This document shows positions 12,014 to 24,786 of a stretch of 64,000 bases of DNA, one piece after another (the first letter of the stretch is position 1; each line of letters opens with the position of its first letter). This DNA is from the human T2T-CHM13v2.0 reference genome, Homo sapiens: assembly GCF_009914755.1 (NCBI RefSeq), contig NC_060931.1. One strand, 5' to 3'. A program made the translations under genes and the position numbers. The notes beneath the pieces are model-generated. The model saw only the letters and a list, made by a program, of their open reading frames with translations. It did not search any database and had not been told where the DNA came from.

Positions 12014-13139
12014 CACATCTTATTTTGCACAAAGCAAAATAATGACAAAGGAAAAATGATAACAATCACAATAAAAGCTAACTGGCTCTAAAAACTTGAC
12101 TAGCACTGTAGTAGGTATCTCCCATAAACTATCAGAGATAATTATCCCAACGACCCTGATAATCCTGTTTTAAAGAAAGATAGCAGAATCTTAGTACCCT
12201 TTGGTAAAGAGCCTGATGCCACACAGGCAAGACACAGAGGTTCCATGGGTAACGTCTCCTCCCAGCACTCAGCCAGCAGCCCTGAAGCTTCTGACTTCTC
12301 TCTGGATATCATGCAGAACATCCACATCAGCTGCTCAAACTGTACTCGTAAAACATCTCCAAACTATCCTCCCAAATTTTAAAAAATAATTTCAAATAAC
12401 TTCCACTGCAGAGTCTCACTTCTGGCCCTACCCCAGTCTAACCTTGCCCTCTTTAATACACTGTACTTGCAACTTCCCAGGTTTTGCAAGGCTCAGCCCC
12501 ATCTTTCTAAAGCTGATGCTGGCTCAAGCCATTCCTCTCATCAAAAGCATTTAATTATCCTTACTCCACCTGGAATAAAAGTCAGACTCCTAGTCTAGCA
12601 ATCACATCTCCCATGACATGGTGCTACTCGGCTCTTTAATCTTACTACCCACTACCCTTCTGCCTTCTGGACATACTTTGGTTCTGCTCTAACTGCATTA
12701 CTTATCATACCACTCTTCAACCAAAAAGCATAAAACAAATCATTTGTAATTATATTTCTAATTCAAAGAGATGCCAAAAACCTCAGCCTTTTATTATATT
12801 AGCTATAATCATAGATAAAATTTTCCCATACTTTCTGTACCCTTTAACTTCTTCCTGCTGTCTTCTCCACATAGAATCCCCAATGCCTTTCTGCAATGGT
12901 CTTTCTGTGTTTACATCCACCAGTTTATTCCATACCATGCTCATATCCAATCTCCATGAGATGTATCTTTCATTCCTTCTTCTGTGCCTTCACCTTACTC
13001 ATTTTCCCACTGTCCTGCTTGTACATCGATAGTACTCATAACAGCCTGCCCTGTATGCTCCCCTTACTCAAAGGGATAGCCCCCAACCCCAGCACCCTAG
13101 ATCGGACATGCATGAAGCGTTTTCTTCTAGCTGCTATGC

Positions 13140-13172
13140 CTGCAATTTCTGTAGTGGCCACCAGGTGGTGAC
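13140..13172 (+). promoter_or_regulatory. CTCF site with upstream (ZF9-11) module
   Basis: CTGCAATTTC-N5-TGGCCACCAGGTGGTGAC matches the extended CTCF consensus CTGCAGTTCC-N5-TGGCCACCAGGGGGCGC in both sequence and spacing. Confidence 0.65.
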
Positions 13173-13384
13173 GATGGATCAACAGCAGATGAGTAAACAG
13201 GTAAGATTAACAGCAGCCTGCATAGGCGAGCCTGTGCAACTGAAATCAATGGTATACTTATGACTATTTTTAAATGTTCATAAAAGTGCACTTAATCTCT
13301 CCATTCTTCAGTTGAGTGAGTTTATTAGTACTACTTGCTATGGATTTTTCCTTATGTTTGAATAAAGCTTTTGAGTTTACAAAG

Positions 13385-13565
13385 TACTTCCATTATAGGA
13401 TCTCATTCTATCCTCATAAACAAAAAACAAATTAAAAAACCCAGTGAAGAACCTAGAATGGATATTATTATCTCCACTTTACAGATGAGACACGGAGGAT
13501 TTACTGCAGGGTGACTTACTTAAATTCAGAAACAGTTTCTGGCAGATGTAGGAATGAAAGACAGA
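13385..13565 (-). mobile_element. MIR SINE
   Basis: 'tattattatctccactttacagatgagacacggagg...gggtgacttactt', antisense MIR core. Confidence 0.75.
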
Positions 13566-14289
13566 TCTCCAACACATTATCTGGTGTTCTTCCCATCCCC
13601 CACTCACTGATTAATGCTGGTTTTACTGGTAACTGGGTGGGGTCGGGTGGAGTTGGTTTAAGTTTAAGGCCTTGGCTTACACATTGTCTCCTGAGGATAT
13701 CCCATTTACAGTTCTCTTCTCTTGCAACATTAATTGTTCTAGAAAAAATAAAAATGCCTCCATGGTAGTATTTGGCTAATCCCAGAGAAGCCTAAATATC
13801 CCCAAATCTTAAAAAAAAAGTCCTCGCATTAGAAAACTGCTTTCTGTTCCCGGAGCTCTGTTTTATGTCAAAGCAGGAGCCTGATCTCCAACTCTGCTTG
13901 CTATGATCTCAGAAGTTGGAGTCTGTGTGACTTCCCTAGGCCTGAAAAAAAAAATAGTGATGGAGTTTCTCCACCAAGAAAACGGGCTTGGCTGGTTATG
14001 GGCCTTACTGAGAACTACTGTGTGCCTAACCTTAGCAAATGTGGTTTTTAAATTAAGCTCTGCCAGTTTACACACGCACACACACACACCCACCCCCCCA
14101 CACATAGGTATATTTAAGTAGCTTCTTACTAGAGACATTTTAATGAGATCATCTCTTATTTCTAATCTGAACATTCTAAAGAACATTTAAACAGGAGAAA
14201 CTTTTTCTTTAATCACAATTTTTTTTTGTTTTTCTTAGGTGTGTTTTTCTTTCTCCACACTACGCGACAAGAGGAAATATTTAGGGCAG

Positions 14290-14510
14290 AACTGGGGGCA
14301 ATACTGTCTCCCAGGGACATCTGACAATGTCTGGAAACAGTTTTGGTTGTCATGACGAGGGAGGGAATGCGCAGGACAGCCTCCCACTATAAAGAACTGG
14401 CATCTCATGGGGAGAGGCCTGGGATGCTGCTTAACACCCTACAATGCCCAGGACAACCCCCAACGCCAGAGAATGATCTGCCCCTATGTGCTACAGTGGA
14501 GAAACCTTGG
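14290..14510 (+). mobile_element. MER20 (hAT-Charlie) DNA transposon
   Basis: 'cccagggacatctgacaatgtctggaaacagttttggttgtcatgac...ggatgctgcttaacaccctacaatgcccaggacaacccc...gagaaacc'. Confidence 0.85.
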
Positions 14511-15025
14511 TTTGGTGTAACCACCGAAGAAAATTTCCAGAAGGATGTCAGGACACATGAACAGGAGAGATGGAATCTCCGCACTGCAGAAAAGCACAAG
14601 GAAGAACCTGCAATGGAAGAAATGAACCCAGAGCGCCGCTCCAGTTCTTCTCTTGCAGTGTTTCATGAACTGGGGGCCTATCGACATCTTTCTGCAATTA
14701 CTAATTTCATGCTGACATACCAACCCCAACACTGCCTGAATATTAACCTAACCCCTGCTTTTATACGTGACATGCATGGACACAGCAGCCTCTAAATATC
14801 TTGACATTTTTCTCTCGTAAGCAGAATCACTAACATTTTATTGAGTATAACTTTTTTAGCTAATTCCCTCACCGTTTTATGTGGTAAAAGTCACTATTTT
14901 CCTTGGGAGCAGAGCAGGCCGTGAACCCAGGTCCGTCTGCTTTGAAACACATTCACACTGTACTGCCACTGGGTAATGATGGGAAACAAAATTATTCCTT
15001 CAAATCAGGTGCTAATTCTTCTCAA

Positions 15026-15085
15026 ATCATCATCATCACCACCATCATCATCATCATCATCATCACCACCATCATCATTTCATCA
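15026..15085. repeat. (CAT)n/(CAC)n trinucleotide repeat
   Basis: Directly visible, about 18-20 triplets with CAC interruptions. Confidence 0.95.
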
Positions 15086-18000
15086 GGCCTCAAAAGTTTA
15101 CCTGCATGATTTACTTTGACCCTAACCATATTTTCCACCTGTTTCCTAGGAGTCTTTTCCAGTATTCCTCTGTACTCCTCCCTCTCTCAGCCCATAGAGT
15201 CGCAATACACAATTATGGCTTCTTTATGTTTCACCTCTTGTTGTTCACTATGCTTTTATGTTTCCTTATCTCCTCCTCCCAGTCAGACTGTCCAGTCTTT
15301 GAGGGTGTAAATCATGTGTCCACCACAAAGCTGGGGCTGTGGGTACCACATGGGCTGTCCCCAGCCCATGTAGCACCTGCCAGGGCTCTGCACATCTCAT
15401 CAAGAGCTGTTGAGCAAATGGCTGATCCACTAATGTTGGCTTGTACTTTTCCTAATAAACAGGAGAATACATTATGCCAGCAACATCTGCTATAGGCAAG
15501 CATATTCAAATGAGGTATGCAGCCCAGCCCAAAGTGACCACCATTCCCACTTGTCTGGAGTGGATCCATACAGAATATTCCAGGGCACTAACTATTGGCA
15601 GAATCTAGAATCTCACCTAAAGTATCATTGAGAACCAGCTAAAAAGCTTTCAATAGGAAAATGTTCCCCAGATGTCAGAAACAGTTACTCGGAGGAAGAT
15701 TTTGATGAAATATTTCAGGGAGTATACAACGGATGAATGAATTAAGAAAGTAACTAATACATGGCCGCCTCTTAAACTCCACCTGGGGGCAGTCACCCAT
15801 AACTGTTCACAGCCCCCCGCCACTCCCAGCCCACCCCAAACTCCCTCCCAGGCTGAAAGGGGAGGGGGACTCTGCACAGTACTCCTGGTGGCTGCCAGCC
15901 AGCTAGCTCGCACTTGAGGGAGAATCTGTTTACCATCCCTGTCCTAAGGACTATCCAATTCAAACTTTTTGCTTTCTTTGACTGAAACCAAGGTTGAACG
16001 AGGCAAGGCCAGGTCTTATTCAGCAGACACACAATGCGGAAGAAAAAGGAAGTCTCTTGGCTTCAGTCTAGCGTACATCCCAGTTTAGCAACAATTAATA
16101 TAAAATAAGCCACAGAAACCGACAGTGCCACCGCATTCTCCTCCCCCACTCAACCCAGCGAAACACACACATAAAACAATGAGAGACTGAGTGACCTCTT
16201 CGAGACCCTCTGTCTGTTTCTCATTAGACCTACTGCATGTGATCTGTGCTTGGCCTTGGACGTTGGGGACAGCGTTTATTTTCATGGCTGTTTCACAGTA
16301 TGATAAGTGAGAAAATAACGTTCTAAGGGGTCAAATGGTTCTAAGGAGGTCATCCCAAGAGTCAGGGCAGAGATGGGGCTGCCACTCAGAATCCTAGCTG
16401 GGCCTGGGGGGCTCTGGCCGGTGGACCACACAGCCCTCACACACCCTCGCAATCAATCTGATCTCCTGAGTGTCTCTTTATGGGAACAATTTCTGCAGGT
16501 GCAATTTAGTCAGCAACTTTAAAGAGAACGTGACCCTTAAGGCAAAATTGTCAAAAGATGGCTTTGAAGTTTGTAGTTCTTAGTCTATATTTTATATGCC
16601 GTGTTTCCAAATAATTAGAGTAACCGAATTAACTAGCAACTCCATGTAGGGAAAATAAGATCAAAATCTCCACTCATTTGTTTTATGTTTTATGTGCACA
16701 CAAAACTAATTTCTGCCTCATATCTGAGACCCCTATCGCATCTTAAACTCAATTTTCTCTTAGGTAAGGATAGACAATGCAACTTTAGCAAAGGGATCGA
16801 AATTATATGGGAAACATTTAAAATGCAAATTTAGGATCACGGTATTAATGTGAAAAGAATGTCTTCACATCCTAACTCTTCCTTGCGTTTCTACAGACAC
16901 ATCAATTCTTCACAAATTAGATGTGTTTTCTTTATATCTAAATCTCTATATTAAAAAGAAAGCCCCTCATTTTCATGCTGCTGATGTATAGAATTTGTTT
17001 CCAAATGGCAGCAAAGGTGATTATGACTGTATTCTTCTGATAAAGGAAACTTCAGCATGCTTTTAGAGATCAAAATTCGCAGCATATGAAAGCATTTTAA
17101 AATCCAAGTAGGTGGTTAATCACTCTACAAAAAGATGAATTTTTGACACAATGCTTCACGGAGACAAATGGAGGATTACAGAGACTTGAACGCCACCCAG
17201 TTGAAGCTGGGTGCTAACAGAAATACATCTCACTTTCTCTGCGGTTCTGCCCCACAGGTAGAAGACAACATCCCCCAGTGCGATTGCCAAGGGCCCTGCA
17301 GGGTTATGCTGCTGGGGATTGGGCTGGGGAATAAAACTTTTAAAATCATTTGACTTTTTAAAGACCCTTGGGGATAATATTACATGTGTTATTTCTTACA
17401 CAGAAATACGGGGTTGGATTGTTGAAATTGAGGGTGAAGAGTTGCAGAGTTACAGCAAACAGGTGGACATGAAGTATGGTGATGATACTATTATTCTTTC
17501 GATCTCAGCACTGATGTTTTCAAGCATAACCAGCCACTCAGCAGTAATGACTCCACACTGAGATGGAAGTTCTTTATGTTTATTCCTATTCCTCCTCTTA
17601 GAAAGCCTCTCAAAACATAGTTGGTATATACAATGTCATGCACAACCAAAGTGTGCAGGTTTCAGAGAACCTGAGACTAACGTGTGCTGCAGGCTGTGCA
17701 TATTTCAGACACCTCAAACATCAAAGACCCAAAGATGGAACTTACTTCTCGGACAAAATTAAAACATGAGGGAAATGGATCTCCGTGTAGACAGAAAGCA
17801 TCCTTCCTCCTTGGAAGAAGTTGGGCTGAGCTGTTTTACATAATAAACATAAGCTAAACCAAATAACATCAGCACAAACCAAATAGCATAAACAGAAAGC
17901 AAAACCAAACGACACTTTGAGAGTGGATACACTACAACTCTCAGAAACACATTTGAAGTTATGATTCACGTCTTTTATAATATAATGCTCAACAAAAAAA

Positions 18001-19032
18001 AAGGTCTGGTTAATTTAAAATTGAAGAAAAATATGGACTTTCAACTCATTTTGAGATGTTAGAATGTGTGCCTTTCAAATGGCAAGAGAAAATACTTGCA
18101 TCTTGGCAAATCAATAATAAATTCAGTCTTCAATGTACTTGGAATTAATTTTCTTTCTATATACTCCTCTTGCTTTTTTGTTTCCTTCAGTTTTAACCGA
18201 CACCAAGAAAGGGATGAAGTACAAGAACAAAGCTAACAAAAATACACACCTATCTTCTTAGCTTCTGGTCACAGAAGTAAATTTATGACAAATTTAATAC
18301 TAGCTTGAGAGTAACTAAGCCCAGTTGTAATTATACTGCTGGAAAGAGAAATTAATTAAACATCCCTGTGATAAAGACCCAGCAGCAAACCTAGAATAAA
18401 CACATAATTGGTGAAGAAGAGGGGCTTGAAATAAAGGAGAAGAGAAAGGAAAGGCGAATGTTTAGCCCATCTGTTCAGATAGTAATGAACGAGGTAATCT
18501 TTTCAAGAGTACATGGAGTGCATTACAGTGGAAATCAGACTACCTGGCGGGCAAAGTCAGCCAAGTTTCTAATTCTCTTCTTCAAATCAAATTGTGATTT
18601 GCTAATGTGAAACACATGTCTCAAGTTCAAATAACTCTGGAATTCCAACCGTGCAGCTCAACGACTGAACCAGAACAAGGGGAGAACTTGTCAGGATTTA
18701 AGAGCTTTCAGCAAAGCCCTTCAATTGCAGCCAGCACCCTATTCCCCGGAAGGATATCAATTATAGATAGTGACTTGCTTTAGCAGGCAGTCGGGACTGT
18801 CAGACACTAGATAGACAACCATGAAGAATCATGAATCTTTCTATTAACTGTAAGAGGGGGAAAAAGAATGGGTCACGGCTATAAATAAGGCAGAGCATCA
18901 GAATGGTTTAACACCTTGCCTCTTGGTTGTATGTGGCATGAAAATTCAACTAATTCACAAAATGTCCTCTCTCCAAGGAAAGTCACAGGAATGGAAACTG
19001 TTAATGCTTCCCTCTGTAAAAAAGTAGTTTTT

Positions 19033-19336
<304 letters not shown>

Positions 19337-21700
19337 CTACCTATTCTATAACAGGCCACCATTACTGCTGCCAGATATACTCATGGGTAAGAAAGTACAC
19401 GCATGTCATGCAATGTAGAATCAATTTAAACATGCAAACTTGGGGTTCCTGCACCTCAGACAGTAAGTAAAAAGGTGGAAAATAAGTGACATAAACTAGT
19501 ATTCTTATTTATGTTGTTGTAAATTATAATTCTTAATTCATTTAATTAAGTTTATTTACTCATATAATTTATCTCAGACTAAAATTAATATCATAAAGGT
19601 AATATATTAGATTTTCTTCTAATCCTGACATGAATTTCTTCTGGTTAATCTGAAATTAAAATAGTCCACTGTATATGTGCGCAGTCATATTTTTTAAAGA
19701 CCATTTCGATAAAACAGACAATATGGTGGTCATTTAGTTGGTAGTTTTAAGCAGCCTTCCTTTAAAACTACTCAGATCTCTCTATTAAAACATCGAGACC
19801 ATCGGCCACTGAAATTAAATTCAAATACCTGCAATTTCACCATCTTTTAAAAGCTTTCACATTACTGTATTTAGGTTGTGAAAGGGTTAAGCTACTACCG
19901 CACTCCAAAAAATATTACTTCAAACCCTGCCTCTTATGAGGAGCACAATTCATTTTAAATGTAGACTTAGAATAAGCTCTTATTTCATTCCTGATTTGGT
20001 AATGACTGAACCAGTATCCAACATTCCTTGCAAACTACAATGACTTATCCTCCAAAACGGCACCATGAGACTGTCACCTTCAGGATATTTTAAAAACCAA
20101 GACACCCTGCCAACATCTGTTCTATAATGGCAGCTTTTACACAAACAATTCTCTTCATGTTTGTTGGTCATTCGTTATATCACTAAGGATACACATAGCA
20201 TATGCTACTCTTTGGGAGTATTTCCCCACAATAAAACAAAAATTCCAAATTTTTCCCCTTTGATATTCCAATGTTTTTGTGATTTCCATTAAAACAGTCA
20301 GCAAGAATAAACGGCCATTAAGTCAGGCTTGGCTTCAAAATAACACTTGCATTAAATTAAAGAGAAAGAATCGAATTAAGTTCATGGAAAAATTCTGGAA
20401 ATATACCTTAATTAAAAACATTTGACTTTTTTTTTCTGTGCTCAGAAATCTATAATTCTTCCCATACAATTACCAGGAGACATGATTTAAAAAGAAATGG
20501 AGGGGAGGGACCCTGGCGATGTCATGTAAAATCCTCAAAACATTCTGTATAGAACAGAGCTCAAAATCTGGCAACCTGCGTGCTTAACACTATAATGTAA
20601 CTGCAATGCGTGGAATACATTACATGGGATGCGCCGAGTTGCAAGAGACACACATTAAAAGTTCACACTGCCTAAGAAACATGTGGGATGTAAGAGGGAC
20701 TTCATAATTTTAGTGTTTAATCTAAATGGAGGAGGGTTATCAAGAAACATGAATTGCCTAAAAATACAGTTACTGTAAAAAAAAGAATGTACCACGAAAG
20801 AGAAAGTGGAGAGAGAAAGAGAAAAAGAGAGAGAGCAGGAGGAGGGGAATCGCAACAAATGCTACTTTGTCCAATTTTTCATATTAAAAGTTTAAAAAAC
20901 TGCCACACTTAATGCCTCAACAAGACCCTGTGCTTCTGCCAGGAGTTGTAGCACCTGCATCTTTTTATTCTCGATCATCTAAATGCCCTCCACGTCAGCC
21001 AATCCTGGTCCCATTTTCCAGGGAAAACTCCACTGGCCTTCAAGAAAGTGCCAAGAACAGTGAAGCACTGGGAAGGGGGTATCACAAATCAGGCATGGGG
21101 TGGGGAGAAGGCTTTGTGCACACTGCATTTTTTGAAATGATATGCAGGAGAGTGTGTAAAAATTTCTGAACCTGGTTTGGGAGAGGAGGTGTGGTTCTCA
21201 ATCTGACCATGCTGCAGTTTCCAAAACATCCATCACTAAATACATTTAAAAACACTTACAACTTTTTCCATGAAACTACTAACCCCACAAGGGCTGGCCT
21301 CAAACCAAGAAATTATGCTACCTAGCTCATATAGAGTACTAACTGCAGCTTAAAAGAACGGGAGCTTCCTTAGGCTTTGAGAGTTTGGGAGAGGAAAAAA
21401 GAAATCCCTCATCTCCACATTTTTTCCATTGTTACCGGGTCTTGGAAGGGGAATCAAACTTGTTTAAAAGGTTAATCATAATTCATGTCCAGCTTACTAT
21501 TACTCAATAACCATCAAAGTCGCTAACTCAAAATAGTGTTTTCTGGCTTACAGGATCAGAGTCATTACACTCTCTATTGAAGACTTTATTGAATTTTACA
21601 CTCAGCTTTAGCTGACTGAACAGGTCAAGCACCGTGGCTCCGAGTTTTCTTTATTCTCAGAAAGTCATAAAGCCCTCTCCAGTTCGCAATGCGGCTCCTA

Positions 21701-21979
<279 letters not shown>

Positions 21980-22899
21980 TCAGACACAACAGGAGGGAAG
22001 ACAAGAAGAGAAAGTAAAAACCCAATTTAGATTTGGGTCTAGGGTTTTGTGAAGTGAAGAAGTCAAACAATAAAATCATATCTGTGCATATTTTCAGATT
22101 TACCAAATACACTCTGAGAGTTTTAAACGTCTGATTCAAGGCAACAGCCTGTCAAAATTATGAATTAAAAGTTGAGGTCAAACTTTGCTGCCCTGATTAC
22201 AAAGCTGAAAATAAACCCAAATGTCATCTAAAAAAAAACCCAAAACAAAACGTAAAACAAACAAACAAAAAACAAAACAAAGCTCATAAGAGAATAAATC
22301 AAATCAGGTCTTTACCCAAAAGATTGGTACTTCTATTTTGTTTAGTTGTTTTAATTATTTTTGGTCTGTTACTTTGTTTATTCTTATATTTTGTAATCCA
22401 GGGAAATGGTTTACTAGTACTTCTAATGCTGTTTTCGCTGCTGTTGGAGACTGTGTGAGACACTTTTGTAGACTTTATAGGGATAATGCCCTCTCGATTC
22501 AACCTCTGATCTCTAAGGATATGCTCACTACCCAGGGCCCAGGGGCCACAGCATCAAAGCTCAGGGGCACAGTCCTTCCTAAACCCCTGTGGCAGCTTCA
22601 CAGCAATGCCAATACAAGTCATTTTGAGAATTCATCTTGTGTAGATTCAGGTCCCAATCCAGGGCTAGATGATAAAAGCCATATGCAGGCATTGAAGTGT
22701 AACCAGCAAGGTTGTTGCTGTCTGGCGATATGCAAGAGGAAAGATCCATTTCAGAGCCCGTGACACCAATTTACTCCAGCCTCCACGTTCTTGCTGAAAA
22801 GGAAATTTGGGCAAGCAGTCTGAGGTTTGGGCTGAAGCAGCCTGATGACAGCAAGGTCCAGATTCTGTGGACATCTGGACTCTTGTCCAATCTCTATGG

Positions 22900-23060
22900 T
22901 GGGGAATTAGCATTCATAGAGCTCCTTCCTGCATCAGGCTGAGAGCCCTATGAGATGATATTATGGGTATAACCTACACATCCTTAAACTGAGGCCCAGA
23001 GAATTTAAGTGACTAGAGGCGGAGTCCGGATTGAAATCCTACACTCTTCCTTTCAGAATT
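22900..23060 (-). mobile_element. MIR fragment
   Basis: 'aaactgaggcccagagaatttaagtgact...ggattgaaatcc'. Confidence 0.6.
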
Positions 23061-23590
23061 TTAGGCTGAGTGCCAGAATCCAACTAGCCTTAGGTTAGTT
23101 ATGTTTTCATCCCTTCTGGTTCGCCAGGCTCTCCTAGAAAGTGGGAAGTAGCAAAATAAGAAAAAATGATATAGGAGCCATCAGTAGATCCGCCACAGCT
23201 CAGGCTTGGGTCCAGGAGCTCAATAATTCAGGCCCAAAATCACAGATGAGGACTGAGGCCTGGTCGCACCTGTGGCCAGCAACAAATTAATGCAACCATT
23301 TCCTCTACGAACTACAGTTGCCAATACTCCCAAGCTGCCTAAACTATCAAGAAGGTATGTCCCGCATGGCTTCCTGCACTGCCTGTGTTTGCTTCTGAGC
23401 TAGAAAAATGATTTAGTCACTCCATATCTAGCCTTTTGTACAACATGTAGAGTACGGCCAAGGTCAACAATGCAGTGGACAAGGAACTGCCGTGAAAAAG
23501 ACACCAGGTCTGGGGAGGAAGCGGGAGCTGACCCAAAGACACCAGTCTTGGGAGGAGTGGGCGCTGGCCTGTGCGGCCTGGGTGTCCTAC

Positions 23591-23704
23591 CTGCTGCCCC
23601 CGAGCCCCTGGGCTGGGGAGGTCTTCATCGGGTTTGATCTTGGACCTCTTGTTGTGCATCGGGTCACCAGTGCTGCTCACTGCAGACTCACTCGTGGGCT
23701 TGTT
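23591..23704 (-). CDS. GLI3: GLI3 coding exon 9 (114 nt, ~aa 415-452)
   Basis: Translates [38 protein letters not shown]. Acceptor gaccagcag|AAC; donor CAG|gtagga. Phase 0-0. Confidence 0.97.
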
Positions 23705-24396
23705 CTGCTGGTCACATTTGCAGAGCCAGAGACAAAAAGATTTTCATCAACAAGGAGCAGTACCATAATTAAAACCTTGCCAACTCGGGACAAGCGGTCT
23801 TATTTGGCTATAAAGCAATGACTCTGATAATTCTCCAATCCCAGTGTAAGCAGAGTTCAGATAGTATGTTCAAAGCTAGAAAATACGTTCATGCGGCAGC
23901 TCTTCATTTTTAACTCGTGAGTATAAACTCCCTATGGCTTTTAAAAGCTAGAAGAATGGAGCTGAGGCCCTAGGCTTTAACAAGCTCCAACAGGGTATTT
24001 CAAAAGAACAAAGTTGTGAGGAGGGTAGAAGACCAACACGTTCCATTTGTGAAGTTCTTTAATTAGAGCAACCAGATTCTTCTCCAAACAATATCAAAGT
24101 GGCAACAGTTAACGCAGGGCAAAGCACAGTTTTAGTCTTACTCTAAAGTACCACCTGGTGGTAAGTCGCAACTGTGGTTCTAGCGGAGGGAGTGAACAGT
24201 GACCAAATGAGAGCAATGCATCCACATGCTGCACTGACATGGGATGCAGGTTACAGATGGCACCAGGTCACAGTGAAGCCTTATCAAGCAGCCTGCTGCT
24301 ATGCCCATGGGAAAATGACCCTGGGGGAAAAAACTGTTTGATGAGAAGCATTTACACAACACGTCCACCAAAACTGAAGACTAGACCTCAGCATTA

Positions 24397-24786
<390 letters not shown>

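Noticed and set aside
14343-14795. 150-aa plus-strand ORF
   Set aside because: Non-ATG start, overlaps MER20, no recognisable domain or splice context.
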